Shown here in pieces: positions 1 to 9,886 of a stretch of 64,000 bases of DNA. The stretch is from assembly GCA_038248505.1 (NCBI GenBank), contig JBBRXJ010000001.1:81773-145772 (forward strand), given 5' to 3'. The notes beneath the pieces were generated by a model. That model was not told the DNA's origin. It made no database searches and was given only the letters and a program-made list of their open reading frames with translations. Numbering within the stretch: the stretch's first letter is position 1; every line of letters starts with the position of its first letter. The DNA is from Bacteroidales bacterium (GTDB lineage Bacteria; Bacteroidota; Bacteroidia; Bacteroidales; JBBRXJ01). Made by a program: the position numbers and the translations under genes.

Positions 1-2
1 AT

Positions 3-2498
3 AGCGTTAATTTATACTTTTTGAAATATACAGGAGGTGAAGATTTATATCTAAACGGATTGGGTATTAATAATAGAAGTATTTATTTACTTGCAAGTGG
101 AAGTACTGTTAAAATGCCCAAGGGACGTCCAATTTATTACTCCGATGTAGTAAGTCATTTTTTGGCTGATACCTCGGCAAATAAATTATCCTACGAGGCC
201 GAAAACCTCATCTATAAATTTCCTACAGGAACACTTGGGGTAAATAATGTTAGCTTTTCTGAAGAACATGGAAAGTTAATAGGAATAATGGGTGTTAGTG
301 GTGCAGGAAAAACAACATTACTAAATGTTTTAAGTGGCGTTACTAGTCCAAATGAAGGTGCTGTTCTAATTAATGGTTATAGTCTTCACAAGGAAAAGGA
401 TAAGGTAGAAGGCGTTATAGGTTTAATTCCACAAGATGATTTGCTTATTGAAGAATTAACAGTTTTTCAAAACCTATACTATAATGCCAAACTTTGTTTT
501 AAAGATAAAACGGAGGAAGAGCTCAATGGAATGGTAGAAAAGACCCTCGTAAGTTTAGGGCTTTTTGATTATAAGCACTTAAAAGTGGGTTCGCCTATGA
601 ATAAAACCATTAGTGGCGGGCAGCGTAAACGTTTAAATATTGCTCTTGAGTTAATTCGTGAACCATCCATTTTATTTGTTGATGAACCTACCTCAGGATT
701 GTCATCGCGCGATAGTGAGAATGTAATGGATCTCTTACGAGAACTTTCATTAAAAGGTAAATTGATATTTGTAGTAATACATCAGCCATCATCTGAAATA
801 TATAAGATGTTTGATAAGATGATGATATTGGATGTAGGTGGTTTAATGATTTATTACGGAAATCCAATAGAAGCTATCATGTATTTCAAACGCATGGATG
901 CTCAGATAAATAGCGAGGTGGGTGAATGTCAGACATGCGGTACAGTAAATCCAGAGCTAATATTTAATATTATTGAAGCCAAGGTGGTAGATGAGTTTGG
1001 TAATTATACAAACACACGAAAAGTGAGTGCCAAACGATGGGAAGAAAATTTTCTGAAGCATGTTAAGATGGATAAGGTGGAAAAGATAAAAGAGAAACCA
1101 CCTAAGTCGCTAAATATTCCTAATTGGATAAAGCAAGTAGCAATATATACTGTACGTGATTTCCTTTCAAAGGTAAGTAACAAGCAATATATTATTTTAA
1201 ACTTAACCGAAGCTCCTTTATTGGGTTTTATTCTCGCATACATTATTCGGTATATTGCTGACCCAAACTCAAATACATATATATATAGAGAAAATGAGAA
1301 CATACCAATCTATGTTTTCATGGCCTTAATTGTAGCTCTATTTTTAGGTTTGACAGTGAGTGCGGAAGAGATTTTTAGAGACAAAAAGATTCTTAAACGA
1401 GAGAGTTTTCTCAACCTTAGTAAGAGCAGCTATTTAGTATCAAAAATTGTAATACTATTTAGTCTTTCAGCTATTCAAGCATTGTTTTTTGTTTTAATTG
1501 CTAATACCATTCTTGATATACGTGGAATGAACTTATATTATTGGTTTGCACTTTTTACAACCGCTTGTTTTGCAAATATGATGGGTTTAAATATATCGGC
1601 AACTTTTAATTCGGTTGTAACTATTTATATTATAATTCCGTTAGTAATGATACCCATGATGGTACTAAGTGGGGCAATGTTTGAGTTTGATAAATTAAAT
1701 AGAACTATTAGTAGCGTTTCAAAGGTTCCTTTAATTGCAGAACTTATGCCAACTAAATGGTCTTATGAAGCAATTATGGTAAAACAATTTAAGGATAACA
1801 AGTACGAATCCTATTTTTATGAATATGAAAGAGATATCAGTATTGCTGATTTTAAGCAAGTTTATTGTATTCCTGAAACACAAAAACGACTTGATGATTG
1901 TATTCGCGAGTTGAAGAAAGAGAATAAGATAGTTAATACTGGTGATGCTCTCAAATTAGTGCAGTATGAAGTGTCACGTGAATCGGAGAATAATAAACTA
2001 CATAAATTTAGTTTTTTGTCAAAGTTAAATGTAGACTCTTTTAATATTGATGTAGCCTATGAGGTACGTGACTATCTCGATAATGTTAGCCTGTATTATT
2101 CAACTTTATTTGAGGAAGCTACTGCGAAGAAAGAAAAAGTTTTATCGCACATGCTTACAAAAGACGAAAAACTTTATACCGAAATATATGATGCTTATTA
2201 CAATGAAAGTGTATCAGACTTAGTGAAGAAAGTGTTCGAAAAGAAGAAGATTATTGAAAATAATTTCGAGCTGGTACAACAAACCGATCCTGTATTTCAA
2301 TATCCGGTGGTGCGAGGATATTTCGACTTAAGGGCTCATTTTTATGCACCTGTAAAACATTTTATGGGAAATTATTATGACACATTTTGGTTTAATATGA
2401 TCGTAATATGGTTATTTACAGTTTTTTTCTATTTTTCATTGTACTATGAGCTATTAAAACGATTAATGGGAGTATTTGAGAAAAAAAGCATAGTGTGA
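3..2498 (+). CDS. ABC transporter, fused ATP-binding domain + ABC-2/ABCG-type permease (5' end probably outside window)
   Basis: ORF track gives 21..2498, but the frame stays open back to nt 3. Walker A GVSGAGKTT, ABC signature ISGGQRKRLNIALE, Walker B ILFVDEPTSGLS. A multi-TM permease half and a long C-terminal extension follow. Confidence 0.85.
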   Translation, partial: SVNLYFLKYTGGEDLYLNGLGINNRSIYLLASGSTVKMPKGRPIYYSDVVSHFLADTSANKLSYEAENLIYKFPTGTLGVNNVSFSEEHGKLIGIMGVSGAGKTTLLNVLSGVTSPNEGAVLINGYSLHKEKDKVEGVIGLIPQDDLLIEELTVFQNLYYNAKLCFKDKTEEELNGMVEKTLVSLGLFDYKHLKVGSPMNKTISGGQRKRLNIALELIREPSILFVDEPTSGLSSRDSENVMDLLRELSLKGKLIFVVIHQPSSEIYKMFDKMMILDVGGLMIYYGNPIEAIMYFKRMDAQINSEVGECQTCGTVNPELIFNIIEAKVVDEFGNYTNTRKVSAKRWEENFLKHVKMDKVEKIKEKPPKSLNIPNWIKQVAIYTVRDFLSKVSNKQYIILNLTEAPLLGFILAYIIRYIADPNSNTYIYRENENIPIYVFMALIVALFLGLTVSAEEIFRDKKILKRESFLNLSKSSYLVSKIVILFSLSAIQALFFVLIANTILDIRGMNLYYWFALFTTACFANMMGLNISATFNSVVTIYIIIPLVMIPMMVLSGAMFEFDKLNRTISSVSKVPLIAELMPTKWSYEAIMVKQFKDNKYESYFYEYERDISIADFKQVYCIPETQKRLDDCIRELKKENKIVNTGDALKLVQYEVSRESENNKLHKFSFLSKLNVDSFNIDVAYEVRDYLDNVSLYYSTLFEEATAKKEKVLSHMLTKDEKLYTEIYDAYYNESVSDLVKKVFEKKKIIENNFELVQQTDPVFQYPVVRGYFDLRAHFYAPVKHFMGNYYDTFWFNMIVIWLFTVFFYFSLYYELLKRLMGVFEKKSIV

Positions 2499-2522
2499 AC
2501 TATGATTTTTTATTAAAATTGC

Positions 2523-2530
2523 TAAATTTG
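2523..2530 (+). promoter_or_regulatory. Bacteroidota sigma-A -7 box (TAnnTTTG): TAAATTTG
   Basis: Exact match to TAnnTTTG, 20 nt upstream of the ATG at 2550. Confidence 0.4.
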
Positions 2531-2549
2531 TAATTACTAAGATTATATC

Positions 2550-3464
2550 ATGATCAGGTTGTTAATTTCGATATGTATTATTATTGGTTCAGTGCTATTT
2601 ACCTCATGCAATTCATGCAGTAGTAAAAAGGATTCATTTGACATTCCTGATTCACTTACCCAAGGACAAGATCAGCCTTTAGAGGTTTCTTCAGAGGCTA
2701 TGGAGAATATTGTACAGAATATTGCATCACCAGTTGAAATGGCTGCTCTGATTAAGAGTTTGGGCGTTCCTTTTAATAAAGATTATGTTGCTACTACGGA
2801 TAATGTTGACAGTTATGCATCAAGTTATACCAAAGCTTTTAATTTAGGAGTATTTGGTGCTGATCTGGGTTATATCAATATGTATAACAAAACAACCGCT
2901 GTACTTGAATATATATCCGCCATCAAAACATTAGCGGATGGGGTGAATGTTGGGCAGTTTTTTGATTTTAGCACACTAAAACGTTTGGCGAGCAATAGTT
3001 CAAACCTTGATTCTATGATGTACATTTCTGTTCATAGTTTCAATAAGATGGACTCTTATTTGCGTAAAAATAAAAGAAGTAATCTTTCTGCAATAATGAT
3101 AGCGGGAGTTTGGATTGAAGGTCTTTATTTAGGCACTCAAGTAGCCAAAGCACATCCAACGGAAAGACTTATTCAATCTATTGGTGAGCAAAAAATGATT
3201 ATGAGTGAGTTGATGTTGATATTGGAAAATTACAAACAAGATAAATTTATAGCCGATCTTATTGTTGATATAAAGGTTGTAAAACACGAATTTGATAATA
3301 TTAAAATAACTATAGAAGTTGGTGAACCTGAATCTGTTGTTAAGGATGGTCGATTAACCATCATACAACATGAGAAAAGCACAGCAAATGTGACTCCAGA
3401 GCAGATGAAGGAAATTATTGCCAAAACTGAGTTAGTGAGAAATAAACTGATCAACCTTAAGTAA
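2550..3464 (+). CDS. hypothetical lipoprotein
   Basis: 304-aa ORF. Lipoprotein-type signal (IIIGSVLFTSC). No family motif recognised. Lies 51 nt after the ABC gene. Confidence 0.6.
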   Translation: MIRLLISICIIIGSVLFTSCNSCSSKKDSFDIPDSLTQGQDQPLEVSSEAMENIVQNIASPVEMAALIKSLGVPFNKDYVATTDNVDSYASSYTKAFNLGVFGADLGYINMYNKTTAVLEYISAIKTLADGVNVGQFFDFSTLKRLASNSSNLDSMMYISVHSFNKMDSYLRKNKRSNLSAIMIAGVWIEGLYLGTQVAKAHPTERLIQSIGEQKMIMSELMLILENYKQDKFIADLIVDIKVVKHEFDNIKITIEVGEPESVVKDGRLTIIQHEKSTANVTPEQMKEIIAKTELVRNKLINLK

Positions 3465-3473
3465 TAAATTATT

Positions 3474-3929
3474 ATGAATATGAAAAGGGTATTGAATGTT
3501 ATAGCGGTAGTTCTTGCTTTATCTGGCTATCCCATTCATGTATTTGCTCAGCCACAAGATGTGCTGGTAGATATGTGCGCCTCGAAAGCTGGTGATGATG
3601 CAACATACCTTAAAGATTTTGTTGTTGAGTTGCAAGCTGCTGGCCCAGGTGAAAAAGAGCCTGTTGCCAAATTTTCAATGGTATTGAGTGGTGGTACTTT
3701 ATATCGATTTTCAATATGTAATGCAGAAGACTCTCCTGGTGAAGGAATCATTCGTTTATTTGATACTACTAAAATGATTGCTAGTAACTACCTTGAATCG
3801 AGTGCTCAAATGTTTACGTCATTCGATTTTTCATGTCAGAAAACAGGCGTATATCATGTGTTTATATCATTTAAGGAAGGAAAACAAGGGTCGGGAATTG
3901 GTATTCTATCTTTTATAAAGAAGCTTTAA
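3474..3929 (+). CDS. hypothetical small secreted protein
   Basis: 151-aa ORF with signal peptide (VVLALSGYPIHVFAQ). Starts 9 nt after the preceding lipoprotein gene. Four Cys residues. Confidence 0.55.
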   Translation: MNMKRVLNVIAVVLALSGYPIHVFAQPQDVLVDMCASKAGDDATYLKDFVVELQAAGPGEKEPVAKFSMVLSGGTLYRFSICNAEDSPGEGIIRLFDTTKMIASNYLESSAQMFTSFDFSCQKTGVYHVFISFKEGKQGSGIGILSFIKKL

Positions 3930-3930
3930 A

Positions 3931-4839
3931 CTAGAACAGAAAGCGTCTAATTTCTTCTCGTATATTATTCCTACTGATTAATGCCTTATCGAGATTTTCT
4001 CTCAGCAGTTTACAGTTACTTAGTAATTTTTGAATTTCAAGCTCAGGAGAGTCAACTGATTTGATGATACCTTTTTCAATATTTAATATAATGGTTTCTT
4101 GTATTTTCAAGCTAAATGTTGGACCAGAAGCGTAATTCCAATCCCATGCTTGATACTTGTTTTTAGCAATCGTTGAAATTTGATTCTTCGCTTTTTCGTT
4201 TATATTTATTGGTTTTAAAGCTCCAATATGAACGGAAATATATTTCTTAATTTCATCTTGTAATGCCTCTATTGTTTTAATAAACGTGTGTGTTTTAATA
4301 TTTATAACCTCTGCGGGGGTAGATTTTACAGCCTTATCATTTATAATGGCAGGACTTTTAAGAATGTTTGACATTATTGATAAATTGGAGTTGAAGAGCA
4401 AAGTTCCGTGGTGCATTATCTTGTTTCTGCTTATGTGTTCTGCATTTCCGCTTATCTTAGTATTACCCATGTAAATGCTGTTGTTGCCATCATAGCGCGT
4501 ATCTAGTGCTAAGGTTTTTAAAAACCCGATAAGTATGTCAGAATATTCTTTATGTTCTGTTTGCTTATTAAATTTGTTAGAACGAATAAAACAAATATTT
4601 AGGTTGCCGTGATCATGATATACAGTACCTCCGCCGCTTAATCGTCGGTATATTTCAATATTATTATTTTGAGCAAAGGGATGGTTTACTTCAGCAAAAA
4701 TATTCTGATTGCGTCCAATGATTACGGCAGGTTTGTTGATATATAGAAAGCAAATGGATTCATTTGTTGTTTCAAAGAGATATTCTTCTGTTGCAAGATT
4801 TAGGGCAGGATCATCACTTTTGCTTTGGTAAAATAGCAT
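3931..4839 (-). CDS. lplA: lipoate-protein ligase A family protein
   Basis: 302 aa. RRLSGGGTVYHDHGNLNICF motif and an N-terminus (ALNLATEEYLF) typical of LplA-type ligases. Confidence 0.8.
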   Translation of the reverse strand: MLFYQSKSDDPALNLATEEYLFETTNESICFLYINKPAVIIGRNQNIFAEVNHPFAQNNNIEIYRRLSGGGTVYHDHGNLNICFIRSNKFNKQTEHKEYSDILIGFLKTLALDTRYDGNNSIYMGNTKISGNAEHISRNKIMHHGTLLFNSNLSIMSNILKSPAIINDKAVKSTPAEVINIKTHTFIKTIEALQDEIKKYISVHIGALKPININEKAKNQISTIAKNKYQAWDWNYASGPTFSLKIQETIILNIEKGIIKSVDSPELEIQKLLSNCKLLRENLDKALISRNNIREEIRRFLF

Positions 4840-4849
4840 ACACAGCTTT

Positions 4850-5407
4850 TTAATTAATATGTATGAATCGTTGCTGTATCACATACAATCTCCAAGCGAG
4901 AAGGGAGCCTAGAAGTGCTCCGCAAAATACATCGGCAGGATAATGTACTCCTAAATAAATCCTGGAGTACGAAACAAATGCTGCCCATACTATGAGTAAT
5001 ATGCTAATCCAATTTTTTCGTAAATAAAAGGCCAATAGAATGGCAACTGCAAATGAATTTGCGGCATGCGATGATACAAAACCAAACAGACCACCACATT
5101 TATTATTTACTAAATGGATCAAGCCATTTAATTCAGGCTGATGACAAGGGCGAAGTCGCTGGAAAATATCTTTAAATAAATGTACCGAAATTTGATCGGC
5201 TAAAATAACAGCAAGAATTATAGTAAAAATTGGTATGTAACTTTTTTGCCGATACTTATATATAAGCAGTGCTAATAGAAGAAGGTATACTGGAATCCAT
5301 TCTTTTTTTCCTGAAGCGAAAACAAAGATAGTATCCCAAATTGAGTTGTTATTTCCATTGATAAATAGAAAGAGTTTCTTATCTATATTCAACAGATATT
5401 CAATCAT
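4850..5407 (-). CDS. PAP2 family phosphatase (membrane)
   Basis: The three PAP2 motifs are present: [30 protein letters not shown]. Multi-TM. Its start overlaps the obg stop (ATGA). Confidence 0.8.
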   Translation of the reverse strand: MIEYLLNIDKKLFLFINGNNNSIWDTIFVFASGKKEWIPVYLLLLALLIYKYRQKSYIPIFTIILAVILADQISVHLFKDIFQRLRPCHQPELNGLIHLVNNKCGGLFGFVSSHAANSFAVAILLAFYLRKNWISILLIVWAAFVSYSRIYLGVHYPADVFCGALLGSLLAWRLYVIQQRFIHIN

Positions 5408-6399
5408 GCTTCATCGTTTAATACTGTCCACAAGCGTTTTTTAAGGACATCTAGACCTTCGCCTGTAACCGATGAAATGAATACGGTATCAACATCGGGA
5501 AGTTTTTTCTTAACATTTCTTAATAATGCTTCATCAGCAGTATCTATTTTTGAAATGGTTAAGATGCGTGTTTTGTCAAGTAATTCAGGGTTGTACTTTT
5601 CAAGTTCGTTGAGCAGTATTTTATATTCTTTTTTGATACTTGGACTATCAATAGGGATCATAAACAAGAGTACTGAATTACGTTCAATGTGTCGTAGAAA
5701 TCGAAGTCCAAGGCCTTTACCCTCATGTGCCCCTTCAATAATGCCAGGTATATCAGCCATAACAAAAGAGCTATCGCCATGGTATTTAACAATACCTAAA
5801 TTAGGTACGAGAGTAGTAAAAGGATAATTCGCAATTTTAGGTTTTGCCGCTGTTACCGAAGCAAGCAATGTTGATTTACCTGCATTAGGGAAACCAACAA
5901 GACCTACATCAGCTAATACTTTAAGTTCGAGTACTACCCAATCTTCTTGACCTTCGCCACCAGGTTGTGCAAAACGTGGCGTACGATGGGTTGCTGTTTT
6001 AAAATAGGCATTTCCCATACCACCGCGACCACCAGGCATTAAAACTATTTGCTGACCGTGTTCGGTAATTTCAATTATTTTTTCTTCTGTTTCCGGATTT
6101 TTGGCAATAGTTCCCAGTGGTACTTCAACAATAATATCAGGGCCATTAGCTCCTGTTGAATTATCTCCAGTACCACCAGCGCCATCTTTTGCATAAATAT
6201 GCTTGGTGTATTTAAGATGCAAAAGTGTCCACAATTGCTTGTTACCTTTTAATATAATGCTGCCACCTTTACCACCATTACCGCCGTCGGGGCCGCCAAG
6301 TGGAAAGTATTTGATACGTCTCATGTGAACAGAACCAGCACCGCCGTGCCCTGATTTGAAAAGTATTTTAACGTAATCAATAAAATTTGTTTCAGACAT
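5404..6399 (-). CDS. obg: GTPase Obg/CgtA
   Basis: Gly-rich Obg fold ([20 protein letters not shown]), G1 [10 protein letters not shown]3 DIPG. Start moved to MSETNF at 6399 because the upstream Met codons lie inside the adk terminator hairpin. Confidence 0.9.
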   Translation of the reverse strand: MSETNFIDYVKILFKSGHGGAGSVHMRRIKYFPLGGPDGGNGGKGGSIILKGNKQLWTLLHLKYTKHIYAKDGAGGTGDNSTGANGPDIIVEVPLGTIAKNPETEEKIIEITEHGQQIVLMPGGRGGMGNAYFKTATHRTPRFAQPGGEGQEDWVVLELKVLADVGLVGFPNAGKSTLLASVTAAKPKIANYPFTTLVPNLGIVKYHGDSSFVMADIPGIIEGAHEGKGLGLRFLRHIERNSVLLFMIPIDSPSIKKEYKILLNELEKYNPELLDKTRILTISKIDTADEALLRNVKKKLPDVDTVFISSVTGEGLDVLKKRLWTVLNDEA

Positions 6400-6416
6400 T
6401 ATAGTATATTTAAAAT

Positions 6417-6450
6417 AAAACAGACCTGTCATGTTTGACAAGTCTGTTTT
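6417..6450 (-). terminator. hairpin terminator after adk
   Basis: AAAACAGAC / GTCTGTTTT 9-bp stem with an inner TGTCA/TGACA pairing. T-rich tail on the minus strand. Lies directly downstream of the adk stop. Confidence 0.6.
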
Positions 6451-6468
6451 ATTTTGATGTGAAATTTT

Positions 6469-7044
6469 TTATTTGCTAGTATCAATTGCTGTACAAATGT
6501 CAGCAAAAATTGTATCTATTGAACCAGTACCATTTATACCGCGGTGTTTATTCTGTTCGGCGTAATAATTAATAACAGGCAATGTTTCTTTATTGTAAAC
6601 CTTAATACGGTTTTCAATAATACTCACGTCTTTATCATCCTCACGACCGCTGTCCTTACCTCTGTTTAAAAGGCGTTTTACTAATTCGTCGTGTGCAACT
6701 TCAAGCGAAATCATTACGCTTATAGCTGTTTTGTTGGCATTTAGTAATTCGTCAAGTGCGTTTGCTTGAGCGGTAGTACGAGGGAAACCATCAAAAATAA
6801 AGCCTTTTGCAGCGGTTTCTTTTTGAATACGAGCACCAATCATTCCAATAACAACGCTATCAGGAACTAATTCGCCTTTTTCCATAAAAGCCTTAGCTTC
6901 CATGCCTAGTTTTGATTTTGCAGCTATTTCACTACGAAGAAGGTCGCCTGTGGAGAGGTGAACCAGTTTGTATTTAGCAATCAGCTTTTCAGCTTGCGTT
7001 CCTTTGCCGGCACCCGGAGGGCCAAAGAGTACAATATTGAGCAT
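6469..7044 (-). CDS. adk: adenylate kinase
   Basis: 191 aa. P-loop GPPGAGKGTQ. Full-length Adk-like sequence. Confidence 0.95.
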   Translation of the reverse strand: MLNIVLFGPPGAGKGTQAEKLIAKYKLVHLSTGDLLRSEIAAKSKLGMEAKAFMEKGELVPDSVVIGMIGARIQKETAAKGFIFDGFPRTTAQANALDELLNANKTAISVMISLEVAHDELVKRLLNRGKDSGREDDKDVSIIENRIKVYNKETLPVINYYAEQNKHRGINGTGSIDTIFADICTAIDTSK

Positions 7045-7064
7045 AATGTAAAATTATTTTATTA

Positions 7065-7604
7065 TTAGATTTGTATGTAAATACTCTCGAGATTTCTGCC
7101 TAATGCATTGAAATCCATGCCGTATCCGATTACAAAGCGGTCAGGAATTTCTCTGCCAAGATAATCAATTTTAAGATTTGTTTTGCAGCATTCGGGCTTA
7201 AACAATAGGCTTGCTATTTTTATTTTGTGAGCGCCTTTGTTTTTTAACTCATTAATAATGAATGATACCGTGAGCCCCGTATCGATAATATCTTCTAAAA
7301 GCACTATCGTTTTTCCTGTAATATCTTCATCTAAGCCTATTAGATTTTTAACAGAACCGCTGCTAGTGGTGCCGCTATAAGAGCTACATTTTATAAAAGA
7401 GATGCTACAGGGTTGTTTTATTTTACGTATCACGTCGGATGCGAATATAAAAGCACCATTTAATACGGCAATAAAGAGAATTTCCTGCCCTTTAAAGTCA
7501 TTTTCAATTGAAGATGCTATTTTACTAGTAATCTGATCAATTTCATCAGATGATATAAAGGTTTGGAAATCTTTTCCTAAAAGACTAATTTTATCCATTG
7601 GCAT
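7065..7604 (-). CDS. hpt: hypoxanthine phosphoribosyltransferase
   Basis: 179 aa. PRPP-binding motif VLLEDIIDTGLT. Ends in an IGYGMD-type C-terminus. Confidence 0.9.
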   Translation of the reverse strand: MPMDKISLLGKDFQTFISSDEIDQITSKIASSIENDFKGQEILFIAVLNGAFIFASDVIRKIKQPCSISFIKCSSYSGTTSSGSVKNLIGLDEDITGKTIVLLEDIIDTGLTVSFIINELKNKGAHKIKIASLLFKPECCKTNLKIDYLGREIPDRFVIGYGMDFNALGRNLESIYIQI

Positions 7605-7705
7605 GAATTTAATAATAAAAGATAGAATTTGTAAAAGAAATCAAATGATAGTTGATGATTTACTAAATTAGCAATAATTTTAAGCAAAAATAAAACAAAA
7701 TACAA

Positions 7706-8212
7706 ATGAAAGCAAGAGTAAGCATTATTATGGGTAGCACATCAGATATGCCCGTGATGCAAAAAGCGGCAGAGATTTTAAATGAGATGGAAGTACCATT
7801 TGAGATATTTGCATTAAGTGCACATCGTACCCCCGAGGAGGTAAAAAGCTTTGCAACTCAGGCAGAGAGCAATGGGGTGCAGGTAATTATTGCTGCTGCA
7901 GGCATGGCAGCACATTTACCAGGTGTGATTGCTTCGCTTACAAAACTTCCGGTTATTGGAGTTCCAATAAATGCATCGCTTGATGGAATGGATGCTTTAC
8001 TGGCTATTGTACAAATGCCTCCTGGTATTCCGGTTGCAACGGTTGGTATAAACGCCTCGTTAAATGCTGGAATATTGGCTATTCAAATGCTTTCTCTATC
8101 AGACGCTGCGCTTGCAAGTCGACTCAAAAAATATAAAGATAGCTTGAAAGAAAAAGTGGTTAAAGCGAATGAAGAGTTGAAAGAGGTAAAGTTTCAATAC
8201 AAGGTCAATTAA
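7706..8212 (+). CDS. purE: 5-(carboxyamino)imidazole ribonucleotide mutase
   Basis: 168 aa. MGSTSD and SAHRTP motifs of class I PurE. Confidence 0.9.
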   Translation: MKARVSIIMGSTSDMPVMQKAAEILNEMEVPFEIFALSAHRTPEEVKSFATQAESNGVQVIIAAAGMAAHLPGVIASLTKLPVIGVPINASLDGMDALLAIVQMPPGIPVATVGINASLNAGILAIQMLSLSDAALASRLKKYKDSLKEKVVKANEELKEVKFQYKVN

Positions 8213-8222
8213 TAGACCAACA

Positions 8223-8954
8223 ATGAAAGATACTATTAAGACAGCCATTGTACTAGGCGCAAGTTCTGGCATTGGAAGTGCATTGGTGAAAGAGCTTGTG
8301 GCAAATGGTTATAAAGTTGGAGTAGGAGCGCGTCGTATGCATTTGCTTAAAATGTTGAAACGTGAATTGGGTGGCGAAATTTATTGTGCTCATATTAATA
8401 TGTGTAACAGAAAAGATGCCATTGCAAAAATATTTCAATTGATAAAAAAATTAGGAGGTCGTCTTGATCTCTTTGTGATAAGCTCTGCGGTGGGTTATCA
8501 GAATTCCTCGCTAGAATGGAATAAAGAGAAAGAAACTGTGCTAACAAATGTGTATGGTTTTACTGCAATAGCATCACGAATGTTTCTCTTTTTTAGAGAT
8601 CAGGGACATGGTCATTTGGTTGCCATCACCTCCGTAGCAGGTACACGTGGTATGAGACATGCACCAGCCTATGGCTCATCAAAATCCTACCAAACTGCCT
8701 ATTTACAAGCTTTATCACATAAATCAGTAAAAGAAAAACTGAATGTTTCAGTAAGCGATATTCGTCCAGGTTTTGTACGCACAGCTATGGCTCCCGATGG
8801 AAATTTATTTTGGATGAGTAGCCCACAAAGAGCTGCGAAACAAATTTTTTACGCTATTAAAAGACGTAAAAAAACAGCCTATATTACCAAACGTTGGTTG
8901 CTTGTTGCTTGGTTTATCAGACTATTGCCTCGTTTTATTTATGAACGCATTTAA
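8223..8954 (+). CDS. short-chain dehydrogenase/reductase (SDR)
   Basis: Cofactor motif LGASSGIGSA. Catalytic YGSSK (YxxxK). Confidence 0.85.
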   Translation: MKDTIKTAIVLGASSGIGSALVKELVANGYKVGVGARRMHLLKMLKRELGGEIYCAHINMCNRKDAIAKIFQLIKKLGGRLDLFVISSAVGYQNSSLEWNKEKETVLTNVYGFTAIASRMFLFFRDQGHGHLVAITSVAGTRGMRHAPAYGSSKSYQTAYLQALSHKSVKEKLNVSVSDIRPGFVRTAMAPDGNLFWMSSPQRAAKQIFYAIKRRKKTAYITKRWLLVAWFIRLLPRFIYERI

Positions 8955-9055
8955 TGTGATGCTGAATTTTATTCGCATTGTTGAGTGAATTGATCATAAG
9001 AAGGAGAGGTTCTTTGATGGTATGAAACCAAGAAGATAAAACAACGTTTACAAAT

Positions 9056-9087
9056 AAAAAAAGCACTAGAGATAGTGCTTTTTTTAT
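9056..9087. terminator. bidirectional hairpin terminator
   Basis: AGCACTA-GAGA-TAGTGCT stem-loop flanked by an A-run and a T-run. Sits between the SDR gene (+) and the 3' end of the tRNA (-). Confidence 0.6.
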
Positions 9088-9090
9088 TTG

Positions 9091-9164
<74 letters not shown>

Positions 9165-9239
9165 ATGTATTTGAGTGTGCTAAGATATAAAAAAATGAAT
9201 TGTCTTTGTGAATATTGGTGAAAATATCTGATTTTTGGA

Positions 9240-9285
9240 GATGATCCGCTGTGGCGGAGAAGTGAGCGCGGGTGAAGTGTCCGAA
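9240..9285. repeat. GC-rich hairpin element, copy 1 (GATCCGC-TGTG-GCGGAG + GAAGTGA)
   Basis: TCCGC/GCGGA stem at 9245-9258, followed by GAAGTGAGCGCGGGTGAAGTG. Abuts the yidD stop. Related to 49716-49732 (15/17 identity, differences in the loop). Confidence 0.45.
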
Positions 9286-9291
9286 TAAAAC

Positions 9292-9546
9292 CTAGGGCAC
9301 CGGATCATACCCATGCCCGCCCAAGGGATGGCAAGAGCTAATTCGTTTAATCGCCAACCAAAAGCCTTTTACGGGTCCGTGTTTACGCAATGCCTCAATG
9401 GCATATTCAGAGCAGGTGGGTGTATAACGGCATGCGGCAGGTAAGTAGGGTGATATGGCGCCTTTGTAAAATCGTATGGGGAGCATTAAAATAAAACTAA
9501 AGACTTTACTTAATATTTGCAAGAATTTTTTCAATGCTACTGTCAA
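9292..9546 (-). CDS. yidD: membrane protein insertion efficiency factor YidD
   Basis: [19 protein letters not shown] motif. An alternative start MLPIRF at 9486 would remove the 41-nt overlap with rnpA. Confidence 0.85.
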   Translation of the reverse strand: MTVALKKFLQILSKVFSFILMLPIRFYKGAISPYLPAACRYTPTCSEYAIEALRKHGPVKGFWLAIKRISSCHPLGGHGYDPVP

Positions 9547-9886
9547 TGGCTGTTTTTATTTTAGGGTATTCAATAATCTTGCTATTGGTATAAATATATA
9601 TAAGAGCTAATTTGTGATTACTATCTTTTAGTTCAAGCAATAGATGTGGTTTAGTAACTCTGAATGCCTCTCTGCTTCGTCGTTTTATTAAATTGCGATC
9701 AACAGCGCTAGCGAATTTCTTTTTCGATACGGTAAAAGCTACTTTAATAATATCCTCAAAAGAATCGGGCAAAGGCATCCAAACAATGCGGTATGGGAAG
9801 GCATTCACAACATTTCCTTCGGCAAAAAGTTTCTCCATCAGCTTATCGCTGCAGAGCCTTTCGTTTTTTGAAAGGGTTAAAGGCAT
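9506..9886 (-). CDS. rnpA: ribonuclease P protein component
   Basis: 126 aa, basic. The LSKNERL...FPYRIVW N-terminus and [22 protein letters not shown] are typical of RnpA. Lies directly upstream of yidD. Confidence 0.85.
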   Translation of the reverse strand: MPLTLSKNERLCSDKLMEKLFAEGNVVNAFPYRIVWMPLPDSFEDIIKVAFTVSKKKFASAVDRNLIKRRSREAFRVTKPHLLLELKDSNHKLALIYIYTNSKIIEYPKIKTAIDSSIEKILANIK

